From NCBI GenBank assembly GCA_004022145.1, contig RCNU01000002.1: a stretch of 64,000 nucleotides of DNA. The stretch is one strand, 5' to 3'. The stretch is from Paecilomyces variotii (lineage: Eukaryota). Within the stretch, counting starts at the first letter, position 1; every line of letters starts with the position of its first letter. The position numbers and the translations under genes were made by a program. Shown here piece by piece: positions 36,750 through 48,799 of the stretch. Below the pieces are notes generated by a model. That model was not told the origin of the DNA and searched no databases. It was given only the letters and a program-made list of their open reading frames with translations.

Positions 36750-39700
36750 ATGGCTGGTTCGAGCGGCGCGTCATCGATCTCGGTGACGGTCAGAGTCCGG
36801 CCGTTTACGATTCGAGAGGCTGCACAGCTTGCAAAATGCGACGATGGACCACTGTTTCTTGGGGACGGCTCCCTAGCTGGCGTTCCCACCCCGAAACTCA
36901 CCCAGAAAGGCATCAGACCTGTGGTCAAAGTCATCGACGATAAGTGCCTGTATGTCCATCTCCTACTGACGTGTCGGCGTGGAACTGACTTCCTTCCAGT
37001 GTCTTCGACCCACCTGAAGACAACCCCGTCCACAAATTCTCCAAGAGCGTCATCCCCAACGGAAAGCGTGTCAAGGATCAGACATTCTGCTTTGACCGCA
37101 TCTTCGACGAGAACGCGTCCCAGGGCGAAGTGTATGAAGCTACCAGTCGAAGCCTCCTCGATAGTGTACTTGACGGATACAATGCCACCGTTTTCGCCTA
37201 TGGAGCAACGGGATGCGGAAAGACGCACACTATCACTGGAACCGCCCAGCAGCCAGGAATCATCTTCCTCACCATGCAGGAGCTCTTCGAACGTATACAG
37301 GAGAGATCGGAAGAGAAGGTGACAGAGGTTTCCCTGTCATATCTCGAGATATACAACGAAACCATCCGTGACTTGCTGGTTCCGGGAGGCAGTAAAGGCG
37401 GACTTATGTTGCGTGAAGATGCCAATCAATCTGTCTCTGTGGCGGGACTATCAAGTCACCACCCGCAAAACGTGCAGGAAGTCATGGACATGATAATGAA
37501 GGGCAACGAATGTCGAACCATGTCTCCAACCGAGGCGAACGCAACTTCTTCCAGATCTCATGCCGTTCTCCAGATTAATGTCGCCCAGAAAGACCGCAAT
37601 GCAGATGTCAATGAACCGCACACGATGGCTACCCTCAGTATTATTGATCTTGCAGGGAGTGAGAGAGCTAGTGCCACTAAGAATCGTGGAGAGAGGCTCT
37701 TAGAAGGTGCAAATATCAACAAGTCACTGCTAGCTCTCGGCAGCTGCATCAACGCCCTTTGTGACCCACGGAAGAGAAACCATGTTCCCTACCGAAACTC
37801 GAAACTCACTCGTCTGCTGAAATTTTCTCTGGGAGGAAACTGCAGGACGGTGATGATTGTTTGCATTAGCCCCTCCAGCCAGCATTTCGACGAAACACAA
37901 AACACTCTACGATACGCGAACCGCGCAAAGAATATTCAAACGAAGGTTACGAGGAACGTGTACAACGTGAATCGACACGTGAAAGACTTCCTTGTCAAGA
38001 TTGATGAGCAGATGGCTCTGATAAATGAGCTGAAGGCACAGCAAAAGGATTACGAATCGGTAGCTTTCGCCAAATTTAGGAAGCAGAACGAAAAGAAAGA
38101 AGGTGTTATGCGGGAAGGAATCTCTCGCATTCGGAATGCGTATGAGCATTCGGCTTCTGAGAGACAGGAAAAGGCGAACAGCATGCTTAAACTGAGACAG
38201 GTGTCCCGCAGGATCGGCGTGCTGTCTTCTTGGATAGCTGCTTTCGACGGGGTGTGTGCAAACTGCGAGCGCGAGGAATCGATGTCAAATCTCCAAGCTA
38301 TTCGAAAGACGGCACAAGGTATTCTTTTTGAGCTGGAAGGGAGCCGGCAGCATTATCACCAAAAGCTGGCAAAGAATAACTGGGAGCGCGGTATCAATTC
38401 AGCGCTCGAGCATGGCATCAAGCTGCTTCAAGAATTCGAGACCAGCGACAATACCGACATCGCGAACCTGAAGCGTGAAGTAGAGCTCTTGAAGTTCACT
38501 GCTGAGCGTGAGGCCCTCACTGCTATTGCAGAACAGGAAAAGGCAGGAGACGTGGCGATCGTCCAGATGCTGCTCCAAGCTCATTTCGAGACTATTTCTT
38601 CAATCGAGAACATTATGCAGCTCAGTGAAGAAGAGGCAGTTGAAGCAGGCAAAAAAATCTTGATGAAAATGCTCAACTCATGTTCAAGCGCAACGTCAAA
38701 TGTGGTGAAGCCTGACGAAAACTTGCCTCAGATTGACTTGTCTTTCTCCCCTCCGAAACCAGCACCCGCACGCCGCAAGAAGCTCAGCCTAGCTGGACCC
38801 AATCCAGTCCTGACACTGAACACGAATACAGCAATTGCACCTCCCTTGATTTCTCCGACGAAGGGCTCACCACGTCGACGCAAGCTCGGCATCGCCAGGA
38901 AGGGTGTCAGCTTTACACCGAAGAAAGCTCAGTCTAAGACGGCGAAGAGAAGCGTCCGATGGAAAGATGATGAACAGGATGGTTCTCTGGCCGAATTCGA
39001 GAAGACGCCGCAGAAGGCGCAGCCAAATCCTGAGGTCTCTTCTGACGACACATCGCTGCTGAGAGCATCTCCAATACCACGTGCATCCCCAGCACGAGGT
39101 ATCCCAATTCCCACTCGCTTGGCCAGTCCGTCACTCGGTTCCTCGCCAATTTCTACGCCACCAGAACCGACATTGAACATTCAGAAGAACAGCAGCAGAT
39201 TCACGACTGGTTTCCTCTCCAAAAAGTCCAGCAGCTCCCCAATTCAGCCGCCAGTGGCAAGCCTCCCCTTGTCCGACAATGATGGCTCCCCACTCCGGGA
39301 TATCGAAAACAGCAGTTTCTTCAACCGCTCTTCTCACCATCGCTCTTCTCTCGACCGCCCCTCCAGGATAGCGGTGCGAACTTCTAGCGGTAGTTACACC
39401 AGCAGTCCTAGTCGCGTCTCGGATACGGAAGACAACTGGAAGACCACCAAAGCAGACGCAATAACGATCAGCGCTGCAATGAGACGAATTTCGAGTTCTC
39501 ATATCGGTAGCACAAATTCAGCCAACGTGAGCCGTGCGCACCGCCGTCGAAGCCCAACGGCGGCTTCATTGGGCACCTCTCCTAATGAGAACGCCATGTT
39601 CACGGCCTCCCAGGCTCGCAGGATGGTGAAGAGTGACAAAGAACATGACGTCAAGCCCAGCGTGCTGGGACCTCGCACTGTCCCGATCACAAAAAGCACC

Positions 39701-39850
39701 GGCCAAAGACGCACCACTCTCGGGGATATACGACCGAGAGAAGTCAGTCTGACAAGCAGGGATGCCATCAGATTGAGCACAATGGCGGCAGGGGGCACTG
39801 GCGGTTCTCGCAGCAGTCTCATGCCATCCGGCAAAGGCACTTGGAGATAG
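36750..39850 (+). CDS. kipB: Kinesin-8 family motor (KipB/Kip3)
   Basis: Exons 36750-36949 and 37000-39850; VRVRP, P-loop GATGCGKT, NATSSRSH, IDLAGSERAS, HVPYRNSKLTRLLKFSLGGNC. Confidence 0.95.
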
Positions 39851-40637
39851 ATAACTTGTCCATTTGATTTGGGGGTCTCTGGCGAACGTAGATCATGACA
39901 GGTGTTTAGGTTTCTTATACCAACTTTGTTTTCATTATGACATTGAAGGGTTATTGGTTCAACCGGTCGGTTTGGAGTCATGGTTTCAGGAACGAGAACG
40001 AAGGCATTGGTGGGCTTGACGTGTTGATGACACCCGGTCAGCATTACTGTCTGTCCCCTCTAATAATATTTTGTTGCCTATATTTTGTTCTTATCCCTAT
40101 AGTTAACTTCTGCACTGTAAAATATCAAGTCTCCGTCCTGGGATCAAGCAACCAGCAACCGACAAAAATCACGTGCTCACTGCAGCTTCCTTCAAACAAA
40201 AAGGAGACAATTTGAGTTGCAAATTCTATCTCCATTTGATCTCGAAAAAGAGAATTGCAATGTGGACTCAGCAGCTACTTGCAATGGGCGCGAAGTAGTT
40301 ACCTAGTTACCTCATTAGAGCTTGTCGGAGGATTTGTCATGCTGCAATGACGCCACTGGCTTCACCATCGCATAATTGTCGATTGCCTGGCAGTTACTGT
40401 CCGAATCACTATCTTGTCTAAATCTACAGCTTCACGAAATCTGAACCATTACTGAACCTACAGAATAGTCCCATCGTGCCTTTGAAGCATATTTCTCTCT
40501 ACGCCGACGTTTTTGTAACGGTAATAATAGCATCCCCGCTTCCGATAACGATCGATCGCGACCGCCCCTCTCCGCGACCCAGCAAAAATAAAAAGGGAAA
40601 ATTTCCTGGGAACACCCAGTACGTACACAAATAATAG

Positions 40638-41450
40638 ATGGCTTTCGCCGCATCTGCGATTGCACCGACTCTATTCTCACGCCTCTTCCGGCCTTTCTCG
40701 ACTAGCTTTCCATCCTTTTCTCTCACATCATCTGAATCGATCGCGTCGCGAAACATGTCGGACAACGCGCAGAAGGCGACCCTGGCGGCTGGTTGCTTCT
40801 GGGGAGTGGAACACTTGTATCGGAAACACTTTGGAAATGGGAAGGGACTTCTGGATGCCAAAGTTGGATATAGTGGTGGACAGAGTGATTCGCCGACTTA
40901 TCGCGCCGTGTGCTCGGGGACGACTGGTCGTATGTCTACCAATTATACTTCCTTCCCTGCTGAGATCAATTCCGTAAAATAGTTCTAACAGATATGTTCC
41001 CTTTTGCGGGGAAATAATTAGATGCCGAGTCGCTACAGATTACCTTCGATCCCTCGAAAGTCACTTATCGCCAGCTCCTAGAATTCTTCTACCGCATGCA
41101 CGACCCCACGACGGCGAACCGACAGGGTCCAGACGTTGGCACGCAGTACCGTAGTATCATTTTCACGCACAATGACGAGCAGGAGAAGACCGCGAAGGAG
41201 ATCACCGAGAAGGTTGAGAAGGAATGGTACAAGAAGCCCATAACCACGCAGATTGTGCCTGCAGGCCAGTGGTGGGATGCAGAGGAGTACCATCAGCTGT
41301 ACCTAGAGAAGAACCCTAGTGGCTATGAGTGCCCTTCTCAGTATGTGTGCCCGGATCCTTTAGGGGCTGGATATGTTGTCTGGCAGATGCTGACTGTTGA
41401 CTCCCGCGTAATATAGCTTCATTCGAGATTTCCCTCCTCTCTCGGAGTGA
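40638..41450 (+). CDS. msrA: Peptide methionine sulfoxide reductase A
   Basis: Exons 40638-40929, 41022-41340, 41417-41450; GCFWGVE active site, [25 protein letters not shown]; second in-frame ATG at 40755. Confidence 0.97.
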
Positions 41451-41834
41451 CTAGCCCCTAAACTATGATAGATGGGGCCGAAACATGACAGGGATATACC
41501 GATGCTGCCCGTTGAATGCTCCGAGGTATATAGTGATCTCGAAAGAGATGGGGAGACCAGGTTGCTTCTTACGGCGCCATATAATTGACAGTCGGTGAAG
41601 CTGTACAGGACTTGTTTACCGGAGCATTCTATCTAGCAAGTTAGCAAATTACACCTTTGTTAAGCGATAGGAAAGCTCTCTTGGTGGAAACTGGTCTGTC
41701 ATGTTGCCCAAACTCAAACAGCACCTGAGAGCCAGATATAAATACTAGTGGGCCTTTTTCTATGATCGATCAACGACATATCTCATATTCAGGGCTGTTT
41801 TCCACTGTTCATGGCAGGTGTGAAGATCCTAATC

Positions 41835-41860
41835 CATCATCATCATCATCATCATCATCA
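41835..41860. repeat. (CAT)n microsatellite
   Basis: Directly visible. Confidence 0.95.
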
Positions 41861-42408
41861 CGTGAAGTGGGCGGGAATGCTCCGATACAGTAAGACAGCG
41901 CAGACCGATAAGATCGCCCAACTACAGTTCATCGAATCAGCCGGACTGCAGTAGAATGAGGGGTATGCAGTAGCAGCGTAGTAGTGAGCCCAAAGAACGC
42001 GAATTTACTAATACATAATCCCTCCTCACGGATAAGATCCGGTGGAGACAGACTGGGTCCAGCATGCAGGGCATGTTGGGATGAGATGAGATGAACTGCT
42101 GTTCTCTGGCCACGCCCGTGGTCGATTATATCCAAAGAGATCTAAAACGATATTATATTTTCATGTTTTGTAACAGATGTTATTCTATTGAGTGATATGG
42201 ATATTTAAGCAAGGAATTGCAATATCATACTGTAGTCACAAATATTCAATCAAGGCGAGCATACCTGGGTGTTCACTGTTTCGTCATCAGTTCTACAGTA
42301 CCTAGCTAGATGAGTGTCCAACTATCGAATCTCGAGCAACCTCATCTCCTAAAATAGGAACTACATAGGTATCCGTGTTACCAAAATATTGGTCTTGAAG
42401 GTCTCCAT

Positions 42409-42549
42409 AGATAAGCATACAACCGGGCCGGTGATAATTGACATGGCACGCCTCCGATCACCTGGAAAGGTTGCTGGCCGGCCCGGACATCGTCCCGGTG
42501 ACATAGGCGATCGTATCTGCAGATAACCCTGTACGCTTTGTTCCTTATC
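42409..42549. promoter_or_regulatory. Putative PrnA sites (CCGG-N-CCGG at 42423-42431 and 42478-42486) interleaved with GATA (AreA-type) sites
   Basis: Motifs are visible upstream of the proline dehydrogenase ATG and match the described A. nidulans PrnA site form; GATAA/TTATC at about 42410, 42433, 42522, 42545. Confidence 0.65.
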
Positions 42550-42929
42550 CGGCGTATCTGGGACGCTGTGCTGGTTTGCGCTCAGTGATATTATATAACC
42601 TTTCGATTGCGCTGATGTTGGCATTAATTCCCGTCCTCTTAGGAGTACGAGTTAATTAACGGAGTGCTCTGTTGTTTGTAGGTTGCGATAAGAACTGGAG
42701 TTTATACCTCTATCTTGCTGCTTGTTCAAGAGCTCCGTCGAACCGTGGTTTCTCTGTACAATCGGTGTATCTGGGGAAAGTGCAACGCTTACGGAGAACT
42801 ATATTTCTATATTCCTGAATCTTGGTAAGGCCAGTTTCTATATAAGCATCGCACTTGTCTCCCCAGCAGTGCCAATCTTTTACGCTCAAGAGGACGACAT
42901 ATTCACAAGCCAAAATGACAGATAAGTGA

Positions 42930-44486
42930 ATGCAAGCCATGATAAGGAACAAACCGATTCTTTTCCCTGGTCGAACCCTGACTGGCGGTGTTCAATATAT
43001 CAACCTACACGAGTCTGTCGATTGGATTAGGAACACGAGATATGTATCACACATTGCCAGCCATCGTCCTAGACGATCCTATGTCCCGAATTCAAATCTT
43101 CTTTCGATAAGGAGATCACACGTGGAAGTACGGACACCTACTCTTGAACGCAGCAAGAAAGAAAATCCGCTTTCTATCCTACCTCTCAGTTCCGTTATCA
43201 GATCATTGTTAGTTACGACGGTTTCTTCTTCTCCAGTCTTGCTGTCACCATGCATGCGGTTGTTGTCATTTTTGGCCGGTTCAAAATCAGCTTTGCTGGA
43301 CCCCGACAGAAATTCTCTCTTGAGATATATTCTCTCAAAGACAGTCTATACCCAATTTTGTGCTGGTGGGACTCCGCAGGAAGTCAAGGCATATATCCAG
43401 AACCTGAAGAGCAGGGGTTACACAGGAGTTATTCTCGGATATGCAAAAGAGGTTGTGATGGATGAAGATGAAACAAGTGTCAGTGGGGTGTCTATAACAG
43501 GAAGGATTGAAGATGCTGCCGAGGAGCAAAAGAATGTACGGGAGATCCTTGAATGGAAAAACGGAACCATGAAAACTGTCGAACTGGCAGATGAAGGTGA
43601 TTTTGTGGCTTTGAAGTTCACAGGTGCTGGTAAGCAAGCCTTGCAGCATTTGCTCCGCAAGCTACCTCCTTCACCCCAGCTGGAAAAGGCCATCATCGAG
43701 ATATGCGACACGGCGAAGCGGCGTAATGTCAGGTTACTGTTTGATGCCGAACAGCAGGCGCTGCAACACGCAATTGACGAATGGACACTCGAGTTCCAAC
43801 GTAGATACAACAAAAAGGAGGAGCCGCGTGCGTTGATATACGGAACTTATCAGGCATATCTGCTCTCGACGCCAGCAGTCCTTGGCCGTCACCTGGAAGC
43901 GGCGCAAAGAGAAGGGTTTATCCTAGGTGTGAAACTCGTCAGAGGTGCATATATAGGCAGCGATCCAAGGCATCTAATATGTCGGACAAAGGAAGAGACG
44001 GACAGACAATACGATGGTATCGCAAACTCATTGATCACGAGAAGGTATGGTGAAATCCTTCGTGCGCCTGCAGAATTATCGACAACCGGTGCCAACCAAG
44101 GACCATTTCCGTTCCCTCGTGCGGACCTCATCCTTGCAACTCATAACCGCGCCTCAGTCAAGAAAGCAAGAGCTATCCGTGATCAACAAGTCCGCGAAGG
44201 CCAACCTTTGATTGAGATGGGATATGGCCAACTGCAGGGAATGGCAGATGACATCAGCTGCGAACTTGTCGAAGAAGGGAAAGAAGCGCGCGAGAGCCAT
44301 GTCCTAGATGGGGAAGTTCCAAGGGTGTATAAGTATCTCGTCTGGGGTACTGTTGGGGAATGCATGGAGTACCTGGTTCGCAGAGCGCAGGAGAATAAAG
44401 ACGCTGTTTCAAGGACAATGGATACCAGAAATGCGATGTCAACAGAATTGAAACGGAGAGTTTTGAGAGTCAGCAAGAGACCATGA
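42930..44486 (+). CDS. prnD: Proline dehydrogenase (proline oxidase; PrnD/Put1 family)
   Basis: Intronless 518 aa; Y.QFCAG, ALKFTG, LLFDAEQ, TYQAYL, GVKLVRGAY, ATHN, GQLQGMAD, YLVRRAQEN. Confidence 0.93.
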   Translation: MQAMIRNKPILFPGRTLTGGVQYINLHESVDWIRNTRYVSHIASHRPRRSYVPNSNLLSIRRSHVEVRTPTLERSKKENPLSILPLSSVIRSLLVTTVSSSPVLLSPCMRLLSFLAGSKSALLDPDRNSLLRYILSKTVYTQFCAGGTPQEVKAYIQNLKSRGYTGVILGYAKEVVMDEDETSVSGVSITGRIEDAAEEQKNVREILEWKNGTMKTVELADEGDFVALKFTGAGKQALQHLLRKLPPSPQLEKAIIEICDTAKRRNVRLLFDAEQQALQHAIDEWTLEFQRRYNKKEEPRALIYGTYQAYLLSTPAVLGRHLEAAQREGFILGVKLVRGAYIGSDPRHLICRTKEETDRQYDGIANSLITRRYGEILRAPAELSTTGANQGPFPFPRADLILATHNRASVKKARAIRDQQVREGQPLIEMGYGQLQGMADDISCELVEEGKEARESHVLDGEVPRVYKYLVWGTVGECMEYLVRRAQENKDAVSRTMDTRNAMSTELKRRVLRVSKRP

Positions 44487-45200
44487 CCTATAATAATCGC
44501 GAAGACGTTCATATGGTTTCTCTGAAGCTATTCCTCTTGCAAGATTTCTTTCGTTGCGAGTTCTCTCTCAAGATTCCATTATAAAGTTCAAAGCCATAAT
44601 AATGACTTGCATCGCGTTATGTTAAAATTGCTATATAAGATTCGCAGTATATCAGTGACAAGGATGATTTGCTAGGAGTGCGGTGGGCTCCCTCGACGCA
44701 GCAGAATAAGGAGCGCTCCGCTCAAACACCACTCTCTTTGTTCCTGACGACAGGCCACCAGACCTCGTCTCTCATCCGATATCAGTTCTGCAATATTCAT
44801 AGTGAGAAGCGATTGAAAGTTTCATGGAGTCTCTGAATTCTGCACGAGGCTCCTCCAACGTCTGATATGAGTCTATGAATTGGGCGTATCCTCTCGTATG
44901 TTATGCTCCTCTGACTTCCCTGCTAGATTCTTCGCTTCTTACCATATTCATCCTTCAATCTAATTCTTTGACATCTAGAAGCAGAAGGCCAGACTATTCC
45001 ACATTTTGGTGAAACTATCGGCAAAAGGGTGCTCACTGGCCTTCGTCTAGTCAAGCCCAACCTCGCGTCCAGGTGCAGTGGGATCTCTTTGATGACATAC
45101 ACATCCCCGCTAACACTTTCAACTGCAATAAAGAACATCTCAATCTGTTTTTCTTCTCAATCATCCCGTTTCTCAAGGGGAGCCGAATTTTGTCTTAATC

Positions 45201-46636
45201 ATGGTCCATACTATTGACGGCGCCATGGCGGAGGCCTTGAGCTGCCTTCGTCTGGTTTCCAACCAGGTTGGTCTCATACACGGGTGACAGGTCTCCCTGG
45301 CTAGATTGTACTGACACGATAATACACGATCATAAGTTTCGCGCGTATGGCAGAGCTGAGGCCGCGAACGCTCTGGGAAAGCTCAGCGTCGAGCTTGTTA
45401 GCGCCTTTTCTGGAGCTGTCCAGGATCTTCCTACTGAAGCTTACTTGTTCAATGACAATGTATGTCCAGACAATGCAAAACCGGCGCGTGTCAATGTATT
45501 TTGTGATATCGAATGAGTTTGACAGATATATAGTGTCCTGCACGTCACGCCAAGCAAGAGAATGAAGAGAAGGAAGTCAGTGACATACCTTCTCTTGGAA
45601 CTCATGAGAAGCAATATGTGGTAGGAGCAAGCACACCGAATGGATGAACTTTGAAGAACTAGATGAGAACTGATCTGTCGTGTAGTTCCCCTTGGTGCCA
45701 GAGAAGCTGCAGCAGCCGATGATAATACCACCCTTCAAGGAGAACTTGGCTCCAGTCGCGACGCCAATTCGACCTATTCCATCAATCGCAGAAAGCATTG
45801 CGCAGATCGCACAGTCAGCGCAAGCCCAGATAAAGCCACCCACTCCCCTCATGGAGATGGACCAGAAACAATCTATGCTCACTTATTTAGCCCTGGCAGA
45901 GCAGACCATTTCTGCCCCAGGGGCAGTGATAAGCGAGGAAGAACGCAAAGCTGGCGTCGTCTATCTGCACGGAAATGTGTTCCAGAACTTCATCCGTTTT
46001 GTCACCGCGCGCATCCACGAGGGACCGCTGCAGGAGATCGTGATCGAATCGACCCAAAAGACTAAGATCGTATTCCTGTACGCAGCCAATGCCAGGGAGT
46101 TTGTCAAGTCGAATGAGCAGAAACTGGCCACCACGGGAGTCTCGCGCTTCGGTGCCGGTTACACGGTGGAACTAGTAGAGTCAACCGCGTGGAACGATAA
46201 CCAGTTCATGATGATCCACCCGTTCAAGGAACGCCGGCGTCTCACCTTTGCGAGACAGAAGCTGTTCTCGCAGAATCTCACGGCTGCCAGATGGAGAAGG
46301 GATATTGCGGAGATCGTGGGGCCCCATAATATTGATTTCCTTTGGATCTTCAATTCTGGGAATGGTAGGTTTCTCTCTCTCCACGAACCGTTAGGGCTTT
46401 TCTTCTTTCTATCAGATCAGCATGCTGACTTGGATCCCGCAGCAACGGCTGTCTTTACCAGTACCGTCGTCGCCAGGAAGGTCCTGGAGAGATTCAAGAA
46501 GCTGAAAGTCTCTCGTGGCAGCGTCTACCAGGGTGTGGATGTATCTTACTCCAGCGATCCCTGTGAAAAAGAGCTGCACTTGACCACTCAGGCGAAAACT
46601 CCTTATCACGCTTTGCAACTTCCAGCCGGCCCATGA
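45201..46636 (+). CDS. Hypothetical protein with possible RRM-like domains
   Basis: Multi-exon model from ATG 45201; main exon from 45686; 78-nt intron 46365-46442; FNSGN|ATAVF..YSSDPCE resembles a degenerate RRM. 5' exons less certain. Confidence 0.65.
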
Positions 46637-48799
46637 TCATCACATACTTCCAAGTTGTTGTTATTATTTCAGAAAATTGGTCGAAGCCGATGGACCCGTG
46701 GTTAGGATTGGTGTTTGGGGTTGGTGTTTATCTATTGCTCGCGTTGGGAACGTTGACTTTGCAAAACAAATGGTGAAAGGAAGAATATTCCACGAAGGGA
46801 TCGATACATCGCGACTCCAGGACCAAGTAACGGCAGTATGTACGTACTTTATTTTGAAATCCAATGGTCTTGTGTGTTAATGGCAATGACATTTACAAAC
46901 CGCTCATAGAATATCCTAGAATCCTATGCACTATGAGATTTGATTTGAGATCGTATACTATCCTCAATCATACATGGAGTGCACATAAATCCATGAATAC
47001 TTCCGTAAGGAAAAGCGGTTAAGAGAGTAAGGGATGCCGCGGCAATTTCCTCGCCCCCTTGCTTCTTTCTCGGTGAGTCACTCTTATCGGTTTGAAGGTC
47101 TCCTTTAACCGCGCAAGCATTGACCTCAGCTGGAATGGTGCTAAGCTTCGCTGTCAATCTGTACCATAGCGATTCGCATGTCTCAAGCATTATGCCGCGC
47201 CCTCACAAAATGGAGAGGATAGGCATGAAGAATGCACGGCACCCCACCGATGGTTGGTTTAGAGTAGGTCGGCACTTAAATCATCGATGCAAAGCACGGA
47301 TATGAAGTCATCGATGGGACTCTAGCAGGTTTACCGTAATAAGAAGCGTTATTCCCGCAACAGCGTTGGGTTGACTGTTTTTGCGGTGCTTTTATGGGGC
47401 AGATAATGATACCTAGTGTCCAGTGTCTTAGATCCTTGGGGGGTTAGCACGTGTTCCACCTCCAGTTGCTCCCAGGGGCAGATTATCCTTCAGACGAGGT
47501 CCTTGCGCGAATATATCAACGTCGATCCCCCATTGGGATTATCACTTTGATTCTGATCTGCATTTAATAATGGCAGAAGATGGGTTTCTGTTCAGCGCAA
47601 TGCTATGCAGAGCTTTGGGGGAGTGGGAATCGGTGGCATGATTGTGCAACTAATCGATCGATATGTGATAATTAGCCAATCGAAGCAGAAAGTGTCGGAC
47701 ACACAGAGGAACCAACCTTTTAGAGAAGCTTCGAGGCAAAAATGTATCTAGACTGGAGGAACGGCATTCGCCGCTCAAGGACAGACAAATTTAGCGGCAT
47801 CCGGCACTTTCAGCAGCTTGATCATGCGGATACGCCCCCAACTAAGAATAGCATAGCATGTCCGTATTCCATTGCTGGATTAACTATCTGGGTGCCTTCA
47901 TGTTCCAATTGCCATGATCCCCTTCTTTGGCCACCTCAGACTCAGACACGGCAACGGATGGACCCTTAACTGGCAGCAATCGCGAGGGGGTAGATATGGT
48001 AGATCCATCAGGAGTCTTTCGGATGGTGATACTGTCGCAGTGCCCTACGAAACCCCATGGTTCGTGGGTATTGTAGCCCTTTGCGACCCCAAGGTTCAAG
48101 TTCTCATATCCTGCTAGTTTCAGAACAGTTAACGGGGTAGCCACTGAAGTGGCGGCTTCGGATCCGTTGAACCATAAATCGCGTAGCGAGATGCCCGGGT
48201 CCCTTGAAAGTTGATGCTGGTGGCCAAGTAGGTTAGCCATGGTCAGGGATGAAGAAGGGATCCTACGCGACGTTTCTAGCGCTGAACTGGCTTCCGCCCT
48301 AGCCGGAAGATGTTCAGCGCAACTCAAGGGCTGTCCAGAAGATCCAATAATAATAAAAATGATAGACCAGCAGGCAATCAACCAGCCTGGAGTCTTGGAC
48401 TGTTGGAGACGGCGTGCAAAGCATCTCCCCACAATAATGACCTCCCTAATTTACTTGCCCAGGCCCTGCTAACTAGTTCGTTGACCCAGACCAGACCACT
48501 TGCTACATTAATATTACTTCTGGGCTTCGCCTTTCCCCTCGTTTTCTTTCGTCTCTTCCTTTTCCAGCTCGGTCAACTTCAGAGGAAGAAGGCAATCCAC
48601 GTTCGCTCCCGCTGTACTTTGCGGCCCTCCATCGCGGCATCCCATCGTTATCCCGCCGCCGTCTTTCGTTAACAAGCCGACTCAATCGTTACTGCCTTAT
48701 AATTGAAAACGTCCCGGAGCCAGACGTGGTGTTGCATTTTTTTTTTCTTAGTACATTCTTCCTCGTATATACGCGCGCAAGAGATACCCTTCTGTCAAA

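Noticed and set aside
41341-41416. msrA intron-2 retention giving a C-terminus ending -SRVI
   Set aside because: Not a PTS1; the canonical intron restores the conserved CPSH ending.
47884-48432. 182-aa minus-strand ORF upstream of UTR2
   Set aside because: No recognisable motif or splice structure; probably spurious in promoter DNA.
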